Shown here one piece after another: positions 6,881 through 16,954 of a DNA stretch of 61,805 nt. The stretch lies in the IMG/VR virus record IMGVR_UViG_3300030099_004395, positions 1 to 61,805 of that record. One strand, written 5' to 3'. The position numbers were made by a program, and so were the translations under genes. The notes beneath the pieces were generated by a model. That model saw only the letters and a program-made list of their open reading frames with translations. It did no database searches and was not told the DNA's origin. The DNA is from a virus. Its lineage: Duplodnaviria; Caudoviricetes. Positions within the stretch are counted from its first letter, which is position 1. Each line of letters starts with the position of its first letter.

Positions 6881-8440
6881 ATGGAAGAAATAAAGTTAGT
6901 TAAAGAACTGGCCTTTGGTGAACACGCTAGAGGCCAGATACTAACTGGCGTTGAAAAACTAACTAATGCAGTTAGTTCTACACTTGGCGCTAGTGGTAAA
7001 TGTGTTATACTAGAAGACCACAACGGTAAACCTATTATAACTAAAGATGGAGTCACGGTAGCAAACTCAGTTACACTTAGAGATCCATTAGAAAATATTG
7101 GTTCTACACTTATCAAAGAAGCAGCACAAAGAACTGTTAAAGATGCAGGTGATGGAACAACTACTGCTACAGTATTAGCAAAAGCAATACTTGATGAAGC
7201 AATAAAACATGATCAACTAGATACATTAAGAAATTTAAAAGATGGTATAATATTAGGTGTTGATAATGTTATAAAGTATTTAAACAAGAACAGCAAAAAA
7301 GTAAAAGGTAATAAAATAGATCAAGTTGCTACTATATCTGCAAACAATGATAGTGAGATAGGATCTGTAATAGCTAATGCTTTTAAAATGGTAGATCAAG
7401 ATGGTGTTGTAATCATGGAGGTTAACGAACAACCTGAAACAACTGTTGAACTTATAGAAGGAGTACAATACGATCAATCAATAACTAGTCCGCATTTTAT
7501 TACTGATAAAGATAAAGGCACTGCAGAGTTAGACAATCCTTATGTTTTAATAGTAGACTCTGTGATTGATAATGTTAGAAAAATACAAGGTGTACTTGAG
7601 TATATAATAAAATCAAACAAAAGTTTATTAATAATAGCAGATGTAGATCCTCAAGTAGCTAATGCTTTAGCAATGAATAAGATTAAAGGTAACATTAAAG
7701 TTAATATTGTAAATGCTCCAGTGTATGGTATTAATAGAAAGCAAACACTAAGCGACTTATGTGATGTTACTGGCGCAACGTTAATTGACGAAGACTTAGG
7801 AGATGATATGGATATAATAAGTGTTGATTTGCTAGGTAGATGTTTGAAATCTGTAACTAGTACAGATAATACTTTAATTCAAGTTGATTTATCAGACAAT
7901 GACATAGTCAAAGATAAAATAAAAAATTTAGAACAACAAAGAAAAGATACAAGAAATCCTAATACTAAAGTTAGATTAGAAAAAAGATTAGCAATGCTAA
8001 GAGCTAAGATGGCGGTAGTCAAAGTAGGAGCTAACTCAGAGGTTGAGCTAAAAGAAAAGAAAGATAGAGTTGAAGATGCTATATGTGCTACAAAAGCCGC
8101 GATTAAAGAAGGTATAGTCCCTGGTGGTGGGATTGCTTTGTTAAATGCTTCTCAAAATTTAAAACCTAAATCAATAGGTGAAGAAGTATTATATTGTGCT
8201 ATACGTAAACCTTATGAAATAATATTGCAAAACGCTGGTATTAAAGATATACCTGAAGAACAAGATAAGGGTAAAGGATTAGATGTGGTTACAGGAGATA
8301 CGGTGGATATGGTTAAAGCCGGAATAATAGATCCTTTGTTAGTTACCAAAAGCGCTTTACAAAACGCGGCTTCAGTAGCAACCACTATATTATCAACCGA
8401 TTGTGTTATTAATAATATTAGAAATGAAAGCAATAGGTAA
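6881..8440 (+). CDS. groEL: chaperonin GroEL (Cpn60)
   Basis: ITKDGVTVA, AGDGTTTATVLA, EKKDRVEDA, GIVPGGG and GIIDP motifs; lacks GGM tail. Confidence 0.97.
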   Translation: MEEIKLVKELAFGEHARGQILTGVEKLTNAVSSTLGASGKCVILEDHNGKPIITKDGVTVANSVTLRDPLENIGSTLIKEAAQRTVKDAGDGTTTATVLAKAILDEAIKHDQLDTLRNLKDGIILGVDNVIKYLNKNSKKVKGNKIDQVATISANNDSEIGSVIANAFKMVDQDGVVIMEVNEQPETTVELIEGVQYDQSITSPHFITDKDKGTAELDNPYVLIVDSVIDNVRKIQGVLEYIIKSNKSLLIIADVDPQVANALAMNKIKGNIKVNIVNAPVYGINRKQTLSDLCDVTGATLIDEDLGDDMDIISVDLLGRCLKSVTSTDNTLIQVDLSDNDIVKDKIKNLEQQRKDTRNPNTKVRLEKRLAMLRAKMAVVKVGANSEVELKEKKDRVEDAICATKAAIKEGIVPGGGIALLNASQNLKPKSIGEEVLYCAIRKPYEIILQNAGIKDIPEEQDKGKGLDVVTGDTVDMVKAGIIDPLLVTKSALQNAASVATTILSTDCVINNIRNESNR

Positions 8441-8684
8441 GTATATAGTTATAGAACCACATAATGAATCAACTACTAAAACTAAAGGAGGTTTGTTATT
8501 AGCTGAATCACAAAGAGAAGATATAAGATACAGACGTGCTAAAGTTATAAAGCCTGGCACAGATGTAACAGTTATTAAAAAAGAAGATGAAATTTACTAT
8601 GATAAAGCCGCTGGCTTTAATATTGAAATAAATAAAGAGAGTTACAAAATAATAAAAGAAACAGATATAGTAATAGTATTATGA
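8424..8684 (+). CDS. groES: co-chaperonin GroES
   Basis: MKAIGKYIVIEP...TKGGLLL mobile loop...IIKETDIV; directly follows groEL. Confidence 0.9.
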   Translation: MKAIGKYIVIEPHNESTTKTKGGLLLAESQREDIRYRRAKVIKPGTDVTVIKKEDEIYYDKAAGFNIEINKESYKIIKETDIVIVL

Positions 8685-9292
8685 GTTTATTAACCGAGCG
8701 TAAAAAGAATAGTTTTAAACTAGCAGGTGGACCAGCATTTTTTGGTACAAATGCGATGACTAAGCTATTAGAAGAAGCTAAAAATAAAGTTAAAGAAGCC
8801 GCATTAAATTCGAGACCATCTGACGAAGTTGCTCCTAAAGTTGGTAGTGCTCATAGAAATAGCTCTAGAAACAATTGGCTTGAAAGATCTAAAGCACAAG
8901 GTGAAGAAATGGCTGAAGAAAAAGCAGCTGAAGAAAAAGCGAAAGCAGAAGAAGAAGCAGCTAAGAAAGCAGAAGTTGAAAGAGAAGCATTAAGTCAAGG
9001 TGAAAACATAGCAGATTCAGAAGGTAGAAAAGGTAGAAAAGCAGCTAAGAAGGATGCTAAAGCCGAAGCTAAAGCAGAGAAAGCAGCACTAAAACAACAG
9101 TGTGCTGGATTAAGAGGTAAAGCTAAAAGACAATGTAATTCTTCTGCTAGAAAAAATTTTAGAAAAGATAAGAAAGCTATACGTAAAGCAAATAGAGCTA
9201 AAAAGAAAGAAAACTTTGGTAAAACTAAAGTAGGTAAAACATTGAAAAAATGGACCTGCACTAAAAGAAGAAGAAGAAAAGGTAAATGTTAA
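8681..9292 (+). CDS. basic K/A/E-rich protein, putative internal virion protein
   Basis: low complexity; highly basic C-terminus with four Cys; N-terminal FKLAGGPAFF. Confidence 0.65.
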   Translation: MSLLTERKKNSFKLAGGPAFFGTNAMTKLLEEAKNKVKEAALNSRPSDEVAPKVGSAHRNSSRNNWLERSKAQGEEMAEEKAAEEKAKAEEEAAKKAEVEREALSQGENIADSEGRKGRKAAKKDAKAEAKAEKAALKQQCAGLRGKAKRQCNSSARKNFRKDKKAIRKANRAKKKENFGKTKVGKTLKKWTCTKRRRRKGKC

Positions 9293-9735
9293 TGAGATTA
9301 AATTCAAAAGATTTAAAAGAATTAAACTTACTTAAGCATTATAGAATAATACGTAAATGGGCTTGTAAAAGCTATGATCTAAACGACGCAGACTTAGAGC
9401 TGTTAATATACTTAGAAGCTTTAAACCTATTTACGAAAGATGATTTTAAAAAAGGTACGTATTCATATAGTTGGGATAATAGGCGCTGGAACAGACTATT
9501 GAAACAAGGGTGGATTACGGTGTGGAGGAAGAGAAACCGCACAACTCAAAAATATCATATATATAAAGTATCCGTAAAGTGTAAACAACTTATATCGCGT
9601 ATGTACCGTATAATGCTAGGTGAAGAAGACATGCCTACATTAAAGATTGAAGCGAAAAGCAATTACACTAATAAAGTTATATCTAAATCTATAACTTTTG
9701 TAAACAAAGATAAAACAAGATCAAATGGCTTATAA
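9292..9735 (+). CDS. putative winged-helix (MarR-like) DNA-binding protein
   Basis: LNDADLELLIYL...RLLKQGWITVW...YKVS pattern. Confidence 0.55.
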   Translation: MRLNSKDLKELNLLKHYRIIRKWACKSYDLNDADLELLIYLEALNLFTKDDFKKGTYSYSWDNRRWNRLLKQGWITVWRKRNRTTQKYHIYKVSVKCKQLISRMYRIMLGEEDMPTLKIEAKSNYTNKVISKSITFVNKDKTRSNGL

Positions 9736-11533
9736 ACAAGATAGAAACCCTGGTAAGATAGAGTATGGACCTGCTGGTTATAGAGATCCTAGAAAAATTT
9801 CTAAAAACTATAACGCGTTAGAGTTTAGTATGCCTGACTTAGACAACATAATAGATAATAAAGCTGATGGTGAACAAACTACAGAAGATCTAAGTAATAA
9901 AACAGGAACTGAAAAGGAAGGTGTAGTAACTAAAGGTGAAACTGTAAAACCTGCTAATGCTGACTTAATGAAGAAAGTTGAAAACAGCGAGAAGGTTCAA
10001 TCTTTCATAGATGAAGGAAAAAGTTTAAAAGGTGAAAGGAAAAGAGGTAGACAACTTAAAAGAGGTATTAATACTGCTATTAGACAATTTGAAAGAGACA
10101 GTAGAAAAAGAGGTTTAAGCCCAGAAAGAGAAGAAAAGCTTCAAGCAGCTAAAGATGAAAGAGATAGATTAAGAGGATTAGAAACTGCTAAGAAGGAGGA
10201 AGATAAGATGATCAAAAAAGAAAACAAAGAAACAGAAAAAGAAATTAAGAAAGCTAACAAAAATAAAATTAAAAAAGCACAAGCTGAGTTTGATAAAATG
10301 CAAGCAGAAAAATACGGAATCGTTGATGGTGAATTTAAAGAAACTAAAGTCGATGATTATGAAGAACTTAAACATGATCTATATGAACAAGATCAAGACA
10401 GAAGGTGGGGAGTAGGAACAAAAATGTATAAAGATATGAGACCTAAAAACTTAATGAACAAAGGTAATAGAATGCCTGAAATAGATAGCGAAGAAACTAG
10501 ACCTGCTATGTACAATCAAGGTCGACCTATGAACTCTGGTATATTAGAGAATAATCCTAATATAATGCAACCAGATAATAAAGTGCCATTTTCACAGCAT
10601 CAGACTAATGAGAAGTTTAGCAATATAGCTAGTGCTTCACCTGATCCGTTTCAAGCTTCTAATACACCAAACAAGCCTATGGGTGGATTAGATCAAACAT
10701 TTAGCCAAGGTCAAATGGCGATGTACGGTATGGGTCCTGAGTTTAATCCTAAATTAAAAGCTGCATCAGAAGCGGGTGATTTAGATGACAATCCAAATTT
10801 TAAAGCAAAAGTAGACGCTGCACCAGCTAGTCACTACCATATTAGTAAAGGTAAATATGCTAATGATACTAGAGTAAATAAAGCGAACTATGATGCAACT
10901 GAAAGAGATGACGCTGCTCATATTGATTATTTAAAGAAAGATATCGATTACGATGCTAAGCATAACAAAAGCGATATAGACATGACAGCTGATGAGAAGC
11001 ATATATCTAAATTAGCTGGAGACATGAAGTATGATAAAGAACATCATTCACCTGCTTATGGTAAACACGGTGCTGCTTGGAAAAGAAAGACAAATGAAGG
11101 CACTAATAAAAGAGGTCAAAAGGTCACTATTGAACAAACTAAAAGAGAGAAAGCTGAAAAACCAACTGACTACTCAGATAACTTTACTATGAACTTTGGT
11201 GACAAAGAAGGTAAGGGTAAGCCAGCAAAAGATAATACAGTTACTTTTACTAGAGAAACTAAGAGAGGCACTAAAGTTAAGAGCGCTGAGGGCGGTACTC
11301 GTAAGTCAAAGAGATTATTGAGTAAGTTCAAAAGGCAAACAGCTAGAGGAACAAGAGAAAAAGCTCAATATGATCAACCAGGTAGCTTTAAAGGTTTAGT
11401 TAGTAAGCTACAGAAAAAAGGTAAATCAAAATCAGTTGCTACTAAAATTGCTGGTAAAATAGCTAATATAAAAAGAAAAGGTGGAGGTAAAGGACCTACA
11501 GCAAAACAGAAAGCAAGAATGCGTAAGAACTAA
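9725..11533 (+). CDS. modular charged protein with PxMY and YDQPG linkers, putative internal head polyprotein
   Basis: 602 aa; GPAGY, RPAMY, MAMY, SPAY and YDQPG separate compositionally distinct segments. Confidence 0.7.
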   Translation: MAYKQDRNPGKIEYGPAGYRDPRKISKNYNALEFSMPDLDNIIDNKADGEQTTEDLSNKTGTEKEGVVTKGETVKPANADLMKKVENSEKVQSFIDEGKSLKGERKRGRQLKRGINTAIRQFERDSRKRGLSPEREEKLQAAKDERDRLRGLETAKKEEDKMIKKENKETEKEIKKANKNKIKKAQAEFDKMQAEKYGIVDGEFKETKVDDYEELKHDLYEQDQDRRWGVGTKMYKDMRPKNLMNKGNRMPEIDSEETRPAMYNQGRPMNSGILENNPNIMQPDNKVPFSQHQTNEKFSNIASASPDPFQASNTPNKPMGGLDQTFSQGQMAMYGMGPEFNPKLKAASEAGDLDDNPNFKAKVDAAPASHYHISKGKYANDTRVNKANYDATERDDAAHIDYLKKDIDYDAKHNKSDIDMTADEKHISKLAGDMKYDKEHHSPAYGKHGAAWKRKTNEGTNKRGQKVTIEQTKREKAEKPTDYSDNFTMNFGDKEGKGKPAKDNTVTFTRETKRGTKVKSAEGGTRKSKRLLSKFKRQTARGTREKAQYDQPGSFKGLVSKLQKKGKSKSVATKIAGKIANIKRKGGGKGPTAKQKARMRKN

Positions 11534-11588
11534 TATAATTATGTAATTATATTAATACAAATATGTTAAACAAATTAAAAAAATAGTT

Positions 11589-11756
11589 ATGCCAAGTTAC
11601 GGAGAATACCAAGCACCAGCAGGTAAAAAATTAAAGTGTGGTTGCAAACCACTAGGAACACGTAAAATGATTTCAAGAAATCCATTTATTACTACTACGT
11701 TAAGATTTGATAATCCACCATACGGTGGCAATGGAGCGTTGAACGCTAATAAGTAA
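11589..11756 (+). CDS. small basic protein (55 aa, MPSYGEYQAPAG...)
   Basis: ORF read manually; TAATG coupling to next gene. Confidence 0.65.
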   Translation: MPSYGEYQAPAGKKLKCGCKPLGTRKMISRNPFITTTLRFDNPPYGGNGALNANK

Positions 11757-11920
11757 TGGGACTTGATGATCTAAAGTTATATTGTTTAAATATAACTTCT
11801 TTCACAATCGCTAGCTTCGATTGGTTAGAACCAGTATTAAAAATATTACTACTAATTGTAACTATAGGGTATACAGTACACAAATGGTGGGTAATGAAAA
11901 ATAAAAACAATGGCAATTAG
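11756..11920 (+). CDS. putative holin (54 aa)
   Basis: hydrophobic VLKILLLIVTIGYTV with basic tail; upstream of amidase. Confidence 0.55.
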   Translation: MGLDDLKLYCLNITSFTIASFDWLEPVLKILLLIVTIGYTVHKWWVMKNKNNGN

Positions 11921-12164
11921 AAAAGACTTACTAAGAATGCAGAACAATATTAAAAGGGTTAAAAATCCTTTTGGCCCTGCAGCTTTAGGCGAAGATGAAA
12001 AATTAAAGCCAGTTCCAGATAATAGAAACTTATTAGAAAAAGGATTGGATTATATTACCGGCGGTGATAGCAGAACTAAGATGGATATCGAAGGAAAAAC
12101 AGTAGAATATACTGACAGCAAGGGTAATGCTTATGATAAAGATAAAAATAGAATAATTAAGTGA
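11910..12164 (+). CDS. hypothetical protein (FGPAAL motif)
   Basis: ORF track. Confidence 0.65.
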   Translation: MAIRKDLLRMQNNIKRVKNPFGPAALGEDEKLKPVPDNRNLLEKGLDYITGGDSRTKMDIEGKTVEYTDSKGNAYDKDKNRIIK

Positions 12165-12574
12165 GACAAATAAATAAAATTATTGTACATTGCTCTGCAA
12201 CAAGAGAAGGAGAAAATTTTGATGTAGCTGAGATACGCAAATGGCACGTAGAAGGTCGTGGCTGGAGCGATATTGGTTACCATTTTTATATCGACCTATA
12301 TGGAGAAATACACAAAGGTAGAGATATAGATAAAATCGGAGCTCACTGCAAAGGAAACAATCGTGGTTCAATAGGCATATGCTATTGTGGTGGCGTTGAG
12401 GCAGATGGTAAGACTCCGAAAGATACTAGAACATACGAGCAAAAGGTTGCTCTACTTGCGGTACTTAGAACTTTAAAAGCTATGTATCCTAACGCAGTAA
12501 TACACTCACATAAGGATTTTGCTAATAAAGCATGTCCATCATTTGATGCTACTAAAGAATATGAAAATCTCTGA
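12161..12574 (+). CDS. endolysin, N-acetylmuramoyl-L-alanine amidase (T7 lysozyme-like)
   Basis: HCSAT, DIGYHF, GAHC and H...KACPSFD zinc-amidase motifs. Confidence 0.92.
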   Translation: MRQINKIIVHCSATREGENFDVAEIRKWHVEGRGWSDIGYHFYIDLYGEIHKGRDIDKIGAHCKGNNRGSIGICYCGGVEADGKTPKDTRTYEQKVALLAVLRTLKAMYPNAVIHSHKDFANKACPSFDATKEYENL

Positions 12575-12833
12575 AGGAACAGAATTTAAAATAGACCTTA
12601 AAACTATTATAAGTATAGTAGTTGTAACGTCGATGTTTGTAGGTATGTATTATACTTTACAAGATGATATATCTGATGCTAAGAAAATGCCTAAAGCTGT
12701 TATAGATCGTATAGAGTATGATTTAAAACAAGACTGGCATACTAATCACATTAACAAGCTAGAAGAAGAAGTTAAAGAATTAAGACAATGGTGTAGAGAG
12801 CTTGATGAAGAACTTTATAAAAGAAAAAGATAA
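12561..12833 (+). CDS. membrane-anchored coiled-coil protein (lysis accessory or spanin-like)
   Basis: single TM helix followed by coiled coil; follows amidase. Confidence 0.5.
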   Translation: MKISEGTEFKIDLKTIISIVVVTSMFVGMYYTLQDDISDAKKMPKAVIDRIEYDLKQDWHTNHINKLEEEVKELRQWCRELDEELYKRKR

Positions 12834-12988
12834 TGGCTACTAAAAGACGCGCTAAAAGAAAAAGTAAAAGTAAAGGAAAAAAAGATGCTTGCTATTACAA
12901 AGTTAAAGCAAGAGTAAAAGTGTGGCCTAGTGCCTACGCGTCTGGTCAATTAGTACAATGTCGTAATAAAAGAAAGGGTAAGAAGTAA
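12833..12988 (+). CDS. small basic protein (DACYYKVK...WPSAYASG motif)
   Basis: ORF read manually, 51 aa; TAATG coupling on both sides. Confidence 0.7.
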   Translation: MATKRRAKRKSKSKGKKDACYYKVKARVKVWPSAYASGQLVQCRNKRKGKK

Positions 12989-13152
12989 TGGCTAAAAAAA
13001 CTGTAAAAGCACCCGCTGGATATCATTGGATGAAAAAGGGAAACAACAACTACAAGTTGATGAAGAATCCTAAAGGAGGATATAAGCCTCATAGTAGAGC
13101 TACTTTGTCTGCTAGTTTTGATATACAAAAAGTACATAGAACAAAAAAGTAA
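12988..13152 (+). CDS. small basic protein (KAPAGYHWMK motif)
   Basis: ORF read manually, 54 aa. Confidence 0.7.
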   Translation: MAKKTVKAPAGYHWMKKGNNNYKLMKNPKGGYKPHSRATLSASFDIQKVHRTKK

Positions 13153-13674
13153 ATGGCAACTAGAAAAGTTTGTTTACCAAAAGCTAAAATAGCCAGCATG
13201 AGCAAAGCTGAGAAAGACAAAGTTGTAAATGCTAAAAAGGCCGCTGCTAATCAAGGTAAGAAAAAAAGATCTAGGAAATCAAATGTAAAAGGCGCTAGAC
13301 CTAAAAACGCTACATTAAGAGATTGGTTTAAAAAAGAAAACTGGACAAACGTAGAAACAGGCGAAGAATGTGGAGCTCCAACAATGTATGGCCCTGCAAA
13401 AAGATTAAAATTTGGTAGAAAGAAAAAAAGAAAGAAACAAGTTAAGTTATCTGTAGGTAGAGGAGAGAAGTTATCTGTAAAAAGAGGTAGCGGTCTAACT
13501 GCTAAAGGTAGAAGAAAATACAACAAAGCAACTGGTGGTAATTTAAAAGCACCAGTAACTGGTAAAGTAAAGCCTGGTAGTAAGGCTGCAAAACGTAGAA
13601 AGTCGTTTTGTGCTAGATCAAGAAGTTGGACAGGTCCTAGAGGTAAAGCTGCTAGGAAAAGATGGAAATGTTAA
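13153..13674 (+). CDS. two-domain basic Cys/Trp protein
   Basis: N-domain CLP...LRDWFKKENW...CG; linker APTMYGPAK; C-domain GLTAKG...RRKSFCAR...RWKC. Confidence 0.75.
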   Translation: MATRKVCLPKAKIASMSKAEKDKVVNAKKAAANQGKKKRSRKSNVKGARPKNATLRDWFKKENWTNVETGEECGAPTMYGPAKRLKFGRKKKRKKQVKLSVGRGEKLSVKRGSGLTAKGRRKYNKATGGNLKAPVTGKVKPGSKAAKRRKSFCARSRSWTGPRGKAARKRWKC

Positions 13675-13684
13675 AACAATAATT

Positions 13685-13843
13685 ATGGAAAAAGTAAAAA
13701 TAATAGTTAATCACCCTCTTTCAAAAGCTGTAGCTTGTGGAATTGTCGGTGCGTTTATGTTAGTTGAAAGTCATGCTTTTTATTCAGGTATAGCTTTTGG
13801 TATTGCTATAAGAGAAATGTTGTTAGCGTTTAAATCTGAATAA
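13685..13843 (+). CDS. small membrane protein
   Basis: two hydrophobic segments; start at MEKVK. Confidence 0.55.
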   Translation: MEKVKIIVNHPLSKAVACGIVGAFMLVESHAFYSGIAFGIAIREMLLAFKSE

Positions 13844-14361
13844 TGGCATTTAAACTACAAGCACCATTTAAAATAGATAATGTACCGCAATACGAGGTGG
13901 CGTTTCAATACGATAATCAAAAGGACGGATCACCTCAACCTGTAGCTAGAGCAAATAAAAACTTTAGTATAATATATAATAAAGATGAACACGATGCTGA
14001 AACTAGAGAAGAAGCTAGACATCATGAAGGTGAGCATTTAAAATCTATGTTAACTAAAGATAAAAAAGGTAATCCAGAACTAGACTACAGTCCGGCCGGC
14101 GTTACATATAAAGGAAAGTTCTATGATAGAAACGATCCATCATTTAATGAAGCTGATCCTAATCTCCCATATGAAAAGCCCGCTTACGAAGCCGGAGAAA
14201 AAAAAGATCCTAAAACTTTAGAGATAAAACCAAAACATTATCAGTCACCTGGTTTCAATGAGCTAGGAACTAAAAGCGGTGTAGATTCAGACGAAGTGAA
14301 TATGAACGAAAACTTTGGTCCTTCATTAAAAAAATGGGCAAGTAATAGATATGAAAGATAA
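13843..14361 (+). CDS. zincin-like metallopeptidase, candidate head maturation protease
   Basis: HEGEH (HExxH, 14023-14037) with downstream LPYEKPAY third-ligand motif. Confidence 0.7.
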   Translation: MAFKLQAPFKIDNVPQYEVAFQYDNQKDGSPQPVARANKNFSIIYNKDEHDAETREEARHHEGEHLKSMLTKDKKGNPELDYSPAGVTYKGKFYDRNDPSFNEADPNLPYEKPAYEAGEKKDPKTLEIKPKHYQSPGFNELGTKSGVDSDEVNMNENFGPSLKKWASNRYER

Positions 14362-14800
14362 GAAAAAGTTTAAAGAGACTAAAGTAGGAATTTTTTTAAA
14401 AGAAAAAGCTCCTAAGATTTTAGACACTGTAGGTGAGTTTTTACCAGATCAAGGTGGTTTAGGTATAGTAAAAAACTTAATAACAAGTGATAAAAGTATT
14501 AAGGCCGCAGATAAAGAAATGGCACTTAAACTTTTAGATCAAGATATAGCAGAAATGAATAACATCTCGCAGAGATGGAGTAGCGATATGAAAAGCGATT
14601 CATGGTTAAGTAAAAACACTAGACCTATGACGCTAATATTTCTTACTTTAGCTATGACAATATTTATAGTATTAGATTCAACTGTACTATTAGAAATAAA
14701 AACAGGTTGGGTTTCGCTATTAGAAGCTTTACTTATTACGGTATATGTAGCGTACTTTGGATCTAGAGGCGCTGAAAAAATAACAAAAATTAAAAATTAA
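14351..14800 (+). CDS. holin of 3TM (GTA-holin-like) family
   Basis: SDSWLSKNTRP followed by TM helices and YFGSRGAEK. Confidence 0.75.
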   Translation: MKDKKKFKETKVGIFLKEKAPKILDTVGEFLPDQGGLGIVKNLITSDKSIKAADKEMALKLLDQDIAEMNNISQRWSSDMKSDSWLSKNTRPMTLIFLTLAMTIFIVLDSTVLLEIKTGWVSLLEALLITVYVAYFGSRGAEKITKIKN

Positions 14801-14805
14801 AAACA

Positions 14806-15375
14806 ATGGCAAGTACAAGTGTACAAGGTAATTGGGCTGCACAAGCTAGGGTATTTGGGCATGATGCTATACCTGTAGCTTTAAATTCAATTAGTAAAGT
14901 AGAAATAAACGCAGGTGGAACAGGTCACGAGTTAAATGATGTTATTACATTAACAACAGTAGCTTGCAACTTAAAAGTAACTGAAGTTGAAGCAGGTGTT
15001 GTTACTGGTGTTATGTTAGTACCTAACTCTACGGCTTCAGGTTCTCAACCATACGGCAAAGGTGGTACTATCGGAACAACATATAATCAATCTGCTACAA
15101 CAGGTTCAGGTACTGGTTTTTCTGCTACTGTTACAGAAACTAATCTTCCCCATACAGACGTTAGAGGAGCTAGTTTATACGTAACAACTGATTTAGAAGA
15201 ATTATCAGTTGTAATGGAATCAGGTAACTTATACGCCTCTTCAGGACCTGCACATACAGCAAACTTTAAAGGAGTACAAGCAGGAACATTCTTACCTATA
15301 TTAGTTAAGAAAGTTGTAGCTTGGACAAGTTCTGCTGGTGCTGATCAAGATCTTGAAGTAATAGCTCTTTACTAA
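14806..15375 (+). CDS. virion structural protein
   Basis: G/T/V-rich; C-terminal FKGVQAGTFLPILVKKV...IALY. Confidence 0.6.
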   Translation: MASTSVQGNWAAQARVFGHDAIPVALNSISKVEINAGGTGHELNDVITLTTVACNLKVTEVEAGVVTGVMLVPNSTASGSQPYGKGGTIGTTYNQSATTGSGTGFSATVTETNLPHTDVRGASLYVTTDLEELSVVMESGNLYASSGPAHTANFKGVQAGTFLPILVKKVVAWTSSAGADQDLEVIALY

Positions 15376-15548
15376 TGCCTACTACTCAAGGTAACGTAAA
15401 TGCAATTCCATGGTGGAAAAAAGTAGACGGAGGCGGTGTAACACCTCCAGAAACTTTTTTTATAATACCTGAAAATAATAGCGTATATCCTTTTATAGCT
15501 CAAGAATCAGGTTTAACAAATTTAATGAAACAAGAAATAGCACCTTAA
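15375..15548 (+). CDS. small structural or fibre-associated protein (57 aa)
   Basis: ORF read manually, MPTTQGNVNAIPWW... Confidence 0.55.
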   Translation: MPTTQGNVNAIPWWKKVDGGGVTPPETFFIIPENNSVYPFIAQESGLTNLMKQEIAP

Positions 15549-15549
15549 G

Positions 15550-16953
15550 ATGGCAAATATAAAGTTTTCAGGTTTTACAGCACCGGGTGGTTCGTTTACT
15601 CCAGCTAGAGTAAGTACCTACTTTGTAGGTTATGATAATTCTGGAGGTCCAGATAATGTTCAATTTTTAGTATCTGATGTTGAAGGTATACTTAATTGGC
15701 CAGAATATAATATGAGGTTGCAATCAACCACACTTAACCCTACTCTGGAATATGTACAAACAACAGGTTACTCCTATGGTACTGCTTCAGGTACGTTACA
15801 ATTTCAAGGTGGAACAAATGTAACAATAACAAGGCAAAGTGATTCAAAGTTAAAGATTGACGCTACAGATACTAATGATACGTCTTTACCAATTAAAAAC
15901 GGTGCTGGAACAGTAGAGTTTACAGCAACAGACACTACCGGTCTTAGAATAGTAGGTGGTGGTTCTGTAACAGCTACATATATAGCAGGTAGTCAACAAG
16001 TAGCTTTAACAGGTACAGATACTAATTTTAGTTATGCTCTATCAACAGCTGACAATAATCCTAATATAGATATAGAATTAACTGGCAGTGGTGGTGGATC
16101 AGATAGTGGTTACGAGGTTATAGCTGGATCAAACATAACTCTTACAGAAAACGGGTCAAACACTGGTTATACTATTGCTGCTGCTAATGATAATACTACC
16201 TATCAATTAGTTAATAATACAGGTGGTGGTAACCAATGTGTGATAGAATTACAAACATCAACATCAACACCCTCAGGCAACGTTACTCTTTCACCGGGTA
16301 GTAATATAACTATAACTAATCCCGCTGCTAATTTTTATACTATTTCCGCAGCCGCGTCTACATCATGGACTCAACAAGCTGATTTCGGGTCTAACAATAC
16401 TATAAACAATGGAGATACTTTAGATATAGCAGGAGGAGTGTACATAAAAACAACGTCAAACGCAACTTCTGGTAAAGAAGTAGAAATTGATCATAGTTTA
16501 ACAACTAGAAGTGATACTACTTCTACTGCTTCACCAGGTTCTGGTGGTACATTTACAGTTGTAGATTCCGTAACTTCAAATAACACAGGTCACGTAACGG
16601 CAGTAAATGTTAAAACAGTAACAATGCCAACTGTTACACCAGGTGGCGGTGGTTTAAATCCAACTGTTAAAACAACAAGTTATACTGCGTCAGCTGACGA
16701 TTTTATAATATGCAATGTAAATGGAACATTAGATATAACTTTGCCAGCTGCTGGAAGTTCTTCTGTAGGTGATATTATTGGAGTTAAATACGCTTCTCAA
16801 AATGCACAAACAGATAAACTTAGAGTATTTACAAATGCGTCGGGTGATAAAATAGATGGCACTGATAGAAGTTCATCTCCATTACCTATACCTTCTGTTA
16901 ATACTTACTACGAATTTATATACGGATCAGCTAATAACTGGTATATTAAATAA
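15550..16953 (+). CDS. tail fibre protein
   Basis: T/G/S/N-rich with repeated G[ST]N[VI]T[IL]T units; C-terminal YTASADD...ITLPAA fibre motif. Confidence 0.75.
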   Translation: MANIKFSGFTAPGGSFTPARVSTYFVGYDNSGGPDNVQFLVSDVEGILNWPEYNMRLQSTTLNPTLEYVQTTGYSYGTASGTLQFQGGTNVTITRQSDSKLKIDATDTNDTSLPIKNGAGTVEFTATDTTGLRIVGGGSVTATYIAGSQQVALTGTDTNFSYALSTADNNPNIDIELTGSGGGSDSGYEVIAGSNITLTENGSNTGYTIAAANDNTTYQLVNNTGGGNQCVIELQTSTSTPSGNVTLSPGSNITITNPAANFYTISAAASTSWTQQADFGSNNTINNGDTLDIAGGVYIKTTSNATSGKEVEIDHSLTTRSDTTSTASPGSGGTFTVVDSVTSNNTGHVTAVNVKTVTMPTVTPGGGGLNPTVKTTSYTASADDFIICNVNGTLDITLPAAGSSSVGDIIGVKYASQNAQTDKLRVFTNASGDKIDGTDRSSSPLPIPSVNTYYEFIYGSANNWYIK

Positions 16954-16954
16954 G

